Positions 53,772 to 64,000 of a stretch of 64,000 nt of DNA are shown in pieces. The DNA is from the human T2T-CHM13v2.0 reference genome, Homo sapiens, in the NCBI RefSeq assembly GCF_009914755.1, contig NC_060931.1. One strand, given 5' to 3'. The translations under genes and the position numbers were made by a program. Below the pieces are notes generated by a model, which was not told where the DNA came from, made no database searches, and saw nothing but the letters and a program-made list of their open reading frames with translations. The number at the start of each line of letters is the position of its first letter. Position 1 is the first letter of the stretch.

Positions 53772-53801
<30 letters not shown>
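53772..53801. repeat. (GT)n microsatellite
   Basis: About 15 GT units. Confidence 0.95.
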
Positions 53802-53803
<2 letters not shown>

Positions 53804-55209
53804 CTCTAGGAATTTCTTGAGTGTGGTATATGGATTTTTACTAAACAGCGCTGTTTTTATTTTTCAAAAAACACCTATAATATTTAAAAATATAGTAATT
53901 GCTCTTTAGTACATTCATTTTCATATGTCCCTGTGTAGCCTCTTTTAAGAGTTTTTATGGGCATGTGGCTTTTCTGATAGACTGAATAGGTTTTTCAAAA
54001 TCTTGCATAATCTAGTGACTGTGACAATTATGTTGTCAGGAATAGAATTTTATTGCTTGTAGGTTTACTTTTCACACATTTATACATGTGACTAAAAAAG
54101 GGAAAAGCTATTTTAAATTTGAAGTGAGCTTAGCTCATATTATGTAGTCCCTTGAGGGCACATGAGTCTCAGGATTTGGCACTTCCACTCCACTTTATTG
54201 GATAGGAAGAGGTAATGGGTCACTAGTCTTAGTCAATATCTCCTTTTTTTGAAAGGAAATACTCTGCAAGGGCACAGAAAGGAGGACGTGAAAGAAGATT
54301 GAAGTATTTCGCTTTGTGGTCTAAGCTCTTACCTTTAACTCATAATTATAGTGCTAACTAGAATGTCTTATGTTTAGGAAGGAGTTGGAGATGAATAAAA
54401 TGGAACAGCTTATTAAGGCAAATGTATTTGTGTTAAATAGCAAGGAACTGACCTAAAACAAAAGAGAAAACTTAGTTTGTATTGCATACTTATAAATAAG
54501 TCTATTTGAGATAATATTCATTGAATATATACAATGAAATGACAATTTAGATACTTTGAAAACTTTGTAAGCTCTTTGAAGTTGTGAGATGACGTACTCA
54601 TATCCATTATCTTTGGAAAGTATTTAGTGTGGAAACGTGATAATATTACATAGAGAACTAATAAAGATGTGTCTGCTTTGTAAGATTTCATATTTAACAC
54701 AGATTACATTCATTAATTTATTTTTATTGAATGTACAAGAAGAAGCTTGGATAGACATTAATTAAATTGTCAGAAATAAATAGAAATTGTAAGTATGACA
54801 CCCCCTGCAAAGTGGAGTTTTATGGTGCTATAAAAGCATTACGTGGAGGGATTTGATGTAGTCATGGCCCTCTGGGAAAGTTCTCTGTGAAAGTGATGAA
54901 GAGTTGAGCTCTGAAGATAGACTAAGAGTTACTGAGCAAGGGGTATGGGGACTTGTGTTTCCTCTGTTTGAAATTATATACATATTTTATGCTACACACT
55001 ACATCTATGTATTAGTAATGGCCTGAGAGATTTGCTCTAATTCATGTTCCTTTTCAGATGAAGAAACTAGAATCCATCGATTTTAAGTAACTTGCCTGAT
55101 TCATAGCTAGCCTGTGATTAAAATTGAAGTAGCACTATGTTTTATGATTCATCCCATTTCTATTAGGACGGGTTCAAGACATAGGAACATCAGAACAAAA
55201 ACGGACTTA

Positions 55210-55990
55210 ACTCTTTATTCAGTTATTTATTTTTTCATCTTAAATTACAAAGTACTTACTATATAGAAAGGACTGTGCTACTTGATGTGAAAGATGAGGA
55301 GGTAAATGATATGTGGCATTTGCTTTCAGAGAACTTCCCATCTATTGGGAAATACAAAGCATAATCTGAATTTAGAGAGTAACATGATAGATGTCAATAG
55401 AAAAATATAGATAAAATGTAGGAATTCTGATAAGGAAGAGATTGTGTCCATTGGGACTAAGTTTGGGGTGGCTTCCCGGAGGAAATGATAATTGAGCTGG
55501 TCTTAAACGTGAAAATGAAAGGCATTTGGTATAGAATGGACTGCGTGATCAAAGCAAGAAGTTCGTCAGGGCATCAGCAGGTAGTTCTCTTAGATGACAC
55601 TAAAATGTGTGAAGTTGTAATGCATGTCTTAATTAAATAACTGTCTTTGTTTCTCCCTTCTGTAATATGCTTCCCCCTGCACAGATCTCCCCCCGCTGCC
55701 CCACGAAATGCTTGAAAGGTAGCTTGACTCTTTGTTCGAGGCTCAGTCCTTTGGATGTTAATCCAACTGGGATGGTGTAACTAAATAATTAATTCCTTCT
55801 CAACCCCTCGGTCTCTCTGATTCCTTAATTATCCCGCAGCAGAGGGAGAGATAGTGGGAAATAGATTTGAAATATATATTGACACATGATTGTGGGTAAA
55901 TACTATAGATAAGGGGTAGCCCTTAATTTTCTTATAAAAAGGAGAACAAACTACTGGCAGTTGTTCAATGGTAAGTGCATTGGGTGGAGG
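55210..55990 (-). mobile_element. L2 fragment (interrupted by an LTR)
   Basis: ttcagttatttatttt ... aggactgtgcta ... ggcttcccggaggaaatgataattgagctgg. Confidence 0.65.
55616..55841 (+). mobile_element. ERV1-class (MER4-group-like) LTR 3' part
   Basis: ggctcagtcctttggatgttaatcc ... taaataa ... ctctctgattccttaattatcccgcagca with a CA end. Confidence 0.65.
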
Positions 55991-56322
55991 ATAAAGAAAG
56001 GTTGAATGTGAAGCTGCTCTGTGGGGTGCTGGGGATACAAAGATAAATATGTGTACTTCAGGGAGTAAGTATGATGCTCAAAACATGATGAAAGCCTGGT
56101 GTGAGACAAATCATGCCCAGCGTGTAAGAAAGTGAAGCTATTAGTTCTCCTGTGAAGAGTTTTGAAAGGCTTCACGGATATGTGGGCTTTTAGTTGCTTT
56201 TAATATCTTTATGTTTTGTCTTCTTAGATCACAGGTTCCCTGTGGTTTGTTATCATCCAGTAGTTGACAAGGTGGTCTTACTGCTAGGTGCCAACACATA
56301 CCCTGGCTCCCTTAGTCAGTAA

Positions 56323-56604
56323 TTTTTTTTTTTTTGAGACAGTATCTTGCTCTGTTGCCTGGGCTGGAGTGCAGTAGCATGATCTTGGCTCACTGCAACC
56401 TCTGCCTTCAAGCAATTCTCCTGCCTTAGCCTCCCAAGCAGCTGGGATTACAGGTGCCTGCTACCACGCCTGGCTTTTTTTTTGTATTTTTGGTAGAGAC
56501 GGGGTTTCAGCATGTTGGCCAGGCTGAATGCCTGACCTCAAGTGATCCGCGTGCCTTGGCCTCCCAAAGTGCTAAGATTACAGGCATGAGCCACTGTGCC
56601 CGGC
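56323..56604 (-). mobile_element. AluS with small internal deletions
   Basis: Antisense Alu. TSD tccct(t/c)agtca. Confidence 0.93.
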
Positions 56605-56989
56605 TCCCTCAGTCATTCATTCTACAAAGGCGTATTGAGAGCCTACTATGCATCAGTCACTGTGCTAGGTTCTGAGTCTTGTGGTAAACAAAGATAGGCT
56701 CTTTTCTTGTCCTCAAGGGCCTTTTCTTGTCCTCAAGGGTCTGGGAGGCAAGACACATTAAACAAGTAATTAAAATAAAATGTGATTAGTATTAATGATA
56801 GAGTAGTATGGAAGATAAAGGCGAGACGATTGTCAATGATCATAACATTCTAGGGAATTGAAAATAGTCTTATTCGTTCATATTTTAATTTGGCACTGCT
56901 AGAATCCATCATGGCCACTGGGAAAGATTCATATGAATTCTAAAATTAATAAAATCATACCATGTGAGGGGTGAAGAGAAAAGGAGGAT

Positions 56990-57235
56990 TCGTGGGTTAG
57001 GATCATGGGCTTTGGAGTTCATGGTTGGAGTCAGGGACAGTTCTGGCTGAAATTCTATCAGTATGTATTCGCTAGGTGATCTTGTATAAGCAACTTAATG
57101 TCACTGTTCTTGGCTTCTTCGGCTGTAAAATGGGGAAAATTACAATTCATATCAGGGTTGTAGTAAGATTTAAGTGAGATGAGTACTTTAAGTATAGTGC
57201 CTGGTATATAGTAAGTGTCCAATGAATGCTGTCTT
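56990..57235 (+). mobile_element. MIR SINE
   Basis: atgggctttggagt ... ctgtaaaatgggg ... agtgcctggtatatagtaagtg. Confidence 0.85.
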
Positions 57236-58261
57236 CTAAAAAAGATATAATTGCTCGTAAGAGAATGGCATTTAGTGTCCTAGTCTTTCTGTAGGATTTT
57301 GACATGATCTTCACTGATCCCTGTCCTCAGGCAAGAAATCTGAATTCCTTGTGCTGCTTCTCCCATATGCAAAAAGGACTATGTTTCTCCTTTTTTCTTT
57401 TTAGAAAGGAAGTATAAAGATTAATTACATCATACAATGGTCTTTTCATTTTTAGGGAAAGGTGGTACATAGATGTGTTTCATTCCTTCCTCAAATCTGT
57501 TTTTGTACTAAAGTTGAGAATGCTTCAAGTCTCTTTCTATTTTTTAAATGCATATTGCTGTTTAGTTAGCTTTTAAGGTGACGTGTGGACGTTTCTTATA
57601 AAACCAATAATTTGTGTCACTTTATATAGCATTGCAAAAGTCCTTTCTTGCCAATTTTGTTGTGACATGTAACAATTGTTAGGGGGGATGGATGCATATC
57701 CAGATGCTTAAGCAGATTTTATTGATTATAAATAAAATAGCTTAAAAATAAAGCTTTAAAAATGTAATTACTACTGCCATTTTTACACACAAAGAAGTAA
57801 GAGTAAAGAAATATGTGGTGTTGTCTTGGGGACAGAAGGATGGCCTGGTTTCGTCTTCACTGTACTAGGACACAGATGCAATCTGGAAAGCCATCTTAGA
57901 ACTGTTACTGTAGAAGAGGCTGGTGCTTCCCCAGGAGTGCACAGCTAGGACAAGAGCTTTGCATGTTTTCAGAAAGCCCCTGACACTCAGCTGTTAATCT
58001 GAAATATCTAGAAAGCACATCTTCTCAATAAACCTTGTTATGCAAGGAATGTCTCGAGCCGTAATTCTTTTAATTCAACTAAATCCAACACTGATCCCTC
58101 ATCCCACCATCTTGACGGGAATCTCAGTTATAATGGGGCTCCCTCACTCACAAAGTTGTGGGGCTGAGGTCCTGTGATGGTGCATAGAACAAAGTATTCA
58201 GGTAAGACCCTTGAGTTTTTAGTTCAAATTAGTTTGCTAATTTCCTAATTTGTTAGCTAAT

Positions 58262-58410
58262 TAGTTTCTCTCAACAGAGGCATACTGGAGTTTTGGTGGG
58301 ATAGTTCTTGTGGTGTGGGAATGTTCTATACGTTGCAGGATGTTTTTAGCATCCATGACTTTGATTCATTGTGACAACTGAGAAAAAGCCTTTTCTACCT
58401 TTCCAAAGTT
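58262..58410 (-). mobile_element. MER20-like hAT MITE
   Basis: tctcaac ... ggatagttcttgtggtgtggg ... gcaggatgttt ... ttgtgacaac. Confidence 0.65.
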
Positions 58411-59419
58411 CCTTAGTTGAGTCCCACAATACACATACTTTTATCCCCCCGGCAGATCCCTTGGACTGTGATGGGGTTGGGACTGTTGTCCCAGGGGTGT
58501 GAGAAAGTAGTGGGCCCAGGCGCTCTTAATGGAGCCTCGTGTGGCCACCTTGCTTTTATTTCCCATGCAGATCCAACCTCTTTGCTGGAGCTCTGCAAGA
58601 GGAAACTTTTGGGTGCATTTACTTGTAGGTGCCACAGACCAGCCCTTCCTCAAGCTTGGGGCAATCTTTTTCTTTCTCTTGCTGCTTGTGCCAGACCTGT
58701 CCCCACCATCATCCCTTACTCTCACACCAATGCAGTGGCTTCTTTTTGTGTCCATAGTACTAAGCTTTTGGAAAACAATAGCCAGTAAAGGAAATTCTCT
58801 TAGGCCACTTCTGTGGTAGCTGGGCTACCCTGTGGTGAGGAAGCATGCAAGACCTGGCTCTCTTCTCAGGAGGTAGGATGAGGTATCAAAAGGCAAAATA
58901 GGGAATGCAAATTACTAAATGTGATTTCAATCTTTTGGGTTATTCGATAGCAATAAAACTATGAAGCTCATTAACATCTTTGTAACTTACCTTGCACCCA
59001 AACGTAGGTATTATTCATCTCCCTTCAAAAATGAGTGATCTTGCCCTTCCTGTATGGTCTGATTTCTTTACCATGGGGAACTAGAGCTCTGTAACTTGGG
59101 CAGATCGGATACATGGCCCACATGTAAGACTGACACAAAGGCAGGAAATCTATGGACAGGGTTCAGGGCTATACTTACTTTCTATTTGGGTTTTTGAACT
59201 GAACAACAGAACACAGGAAACTACCTGAGTCACTATTTTTCTGATTTCTCTTGTGGATGCTACTTTCTAGTTTAATAGGAAAGAAGTTAGATTGTTATAT
59301 GGAATGGTTATCTCAGGGCATTCGGGTTTATTTTTCTTGCTGAACCCTTTGGAGTGATTAGTGCTAATCCTTGTTTTTCTGGTCCTGTTGTCCTGTGAAA
59401 TAATCAGAATTGTGGTGTA

Positions 59420-59740
59420 CAAATGAGTTCTCCTCTGTTAAAGGAGGATGATAATAATACCTACTATGTAGGTACTGTCGAAAGGGATTAATAATGTCTA
59501 TAAAGTGCTTAGTACACTGCCTGGCCCTCAGTGAGTGCTATGTAAGGGAATAATGTTAATGGGTCCAGGCACTATGCTAAGTACTTTACATCTTGGTGCT
59601 TTCTCATTTCATCGTCCTCTAACTGTTCCTGAGATAGATACTATTATTCCCATTTCACAGATGAGGAAGAGAGTTTGTTACTTCCCTGAGGAAACACAGC
59701 CTGTAAGCGGATGAGTTGGAATCGGATGCAAGTTTGGAAG
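59420..59740. mobile_element. Two tail-to-tail MIR fragments (plus 59420-59550, minus 59550-59740)
   Basis: ataataatacctac ... aaagtgcttagtac; then caggcactatgctaag ... cccatttcacagatgaggaa. Confidence 0.75.
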
Positions 59741-60140
59741 GAAGTATCCTCTCCCCAAATGTGGGGCAGAGAGACGCCTGGGCTGACCTAATTGTTAAAG
59801 CCTCAGTCAGTGTTATGCTGAATTTGTCGCTTACATGTCTGCACATTACTTTCAATTGAAAGTAGAAAAATGAAATAGAGATCTAATAAACATTACCACA
59901 ATGTTAAGACTGAAAAAATGAATCTTTGTCTAAATCTGTTGAGTACAGAGCCTACACCTGGAACATATTTCTTTGATCCCCTTCATAAACTGCTAAAAAA
60001 TATGCTGTAATTACAGGCATTTAGTGAAGCAAGCTACTGGGCACTTTTGTAATAGGTTGCATTTTCTTTTCCTTAGGATAATGAACAGGCTTATAATATA
60101 ATGAGGAAATTTTGACTTCCTCACCTTAACTTAGTTTTAA

Positions 60141-60475
<335 letters not shown>

Positions 60476-60927
60476 AGAACATTTTAACATTTAAAATGTT
60501 AGCAGATGTTCCTGTGAACTTAATGTTTTATATTTTCACATCATCATGCTCTGAAGTAAAATAAAAGCACAGTCTCCTATTATTTTGGATTTGGATAATT
60601 CATAATAATTTAGATATAAGGGATCTTGTTTTTTCTCAGAAAGAGTCATCCATGGTTCATAATATTCATGTTTTACCACTTAAGAACTTAAAAAAATATG
60701 TTTGAGATATTCATTTATTGTGAGAAAACCTGCTGCTCTTCTAGCTTTTCATTGGCTAGTCATTGTCAAAATATGCTTGTTATTGTTTTAATATGTATCA
60801 AGATTATTTCTCTTTGTAAGAAAGAGTATTTGTTTGTAAGCACTAAAAAGACTAACTTAGATAAAATATAAGAATGTTTTACAAAGATTTCTTTGCCAAA
60901 GTAAGGCATTTAAAGAAAAGTTACTGA

Positions 60928-61273
<346 letters not shown>

Positions 61274-61309
61274 TTACTGTTTTGTGTTCTGACTTCAAAG
61301 TCAGCAACA

Positions 61310-61550
61310 AACAATAATAACTACAATTCTAACTTATTGGGGTCTTACCCTGTGTCAGTTTATATCCTAAGCACTTTATCTCATTGTCAATGACAAAGCA
61401 ATAAGGTAAATATTATTTCTATTTCACATATGAAGGGACTGAGGAATTAGAGAAGTTATATGATTTTCCCAATTAAGAGAGTCGATATAAATAGTGGCAA
61501 AGTAATTTCAATCCAGTTCTTTGTGATTATGCACTACTCCTAACTACTGC
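61310..61550 (-). mobile_element. MIR SINE
   Basis: aacttattggggtcttaccctgtgtcag ... tgaagggactgagg. Confidence 0.7.
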
Positions 61551-61571
61551 ACTCTGATATGGATAATATAG

Positions 61572-64000
<2,429 letters not shown>

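Noticed and set aside
58413-58819. Overlapping 60-123 aa ORFs (also 25702-26102)
   Set aside because: No recognisable domain or splice context. Consistent with chance ORFs in locally GC-richer DNA.

Overview
Primate (human or great-ape-like) non-coding DNA, probably deep inside a long intron or intergenic. I see no CpG island and no recognisable host exon or RNA gene. Much of the window is transposon-derived: three young L1PA copies (full-length, minus, 5265-11395; twin-primed with 5' inversion, 34500-38970; 5'-truncated, 61586 to the window end), about 19 Alus, a near-complete Cheshire/Charlie hAT transposon, MER elements, MaLR/ERVL/ERV1 LTRs, and old L1M, L2 and MIR relics. The less obvious observations are: (1) a very old CR1-class LINE whose ORF1 and ORF2 can be pieced together across about 1.7-13.7 kb once younger insertions are removed; (2) the three L1PA copies share a patchwork of rare non-consensus variants, including an identical nonsense codon, which suggests local non-allelic gene conversion; (3) a 25-bp palindromic minisatellite with HSE-like units, bracketed by a 16-bp direct repeat; (4) several plus-strand microexon-like splice signals, one AG|GT recursive-site-like, that happen to join in frame. 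Family and subfamily names come from recall of consensus sequences, not from a database search.
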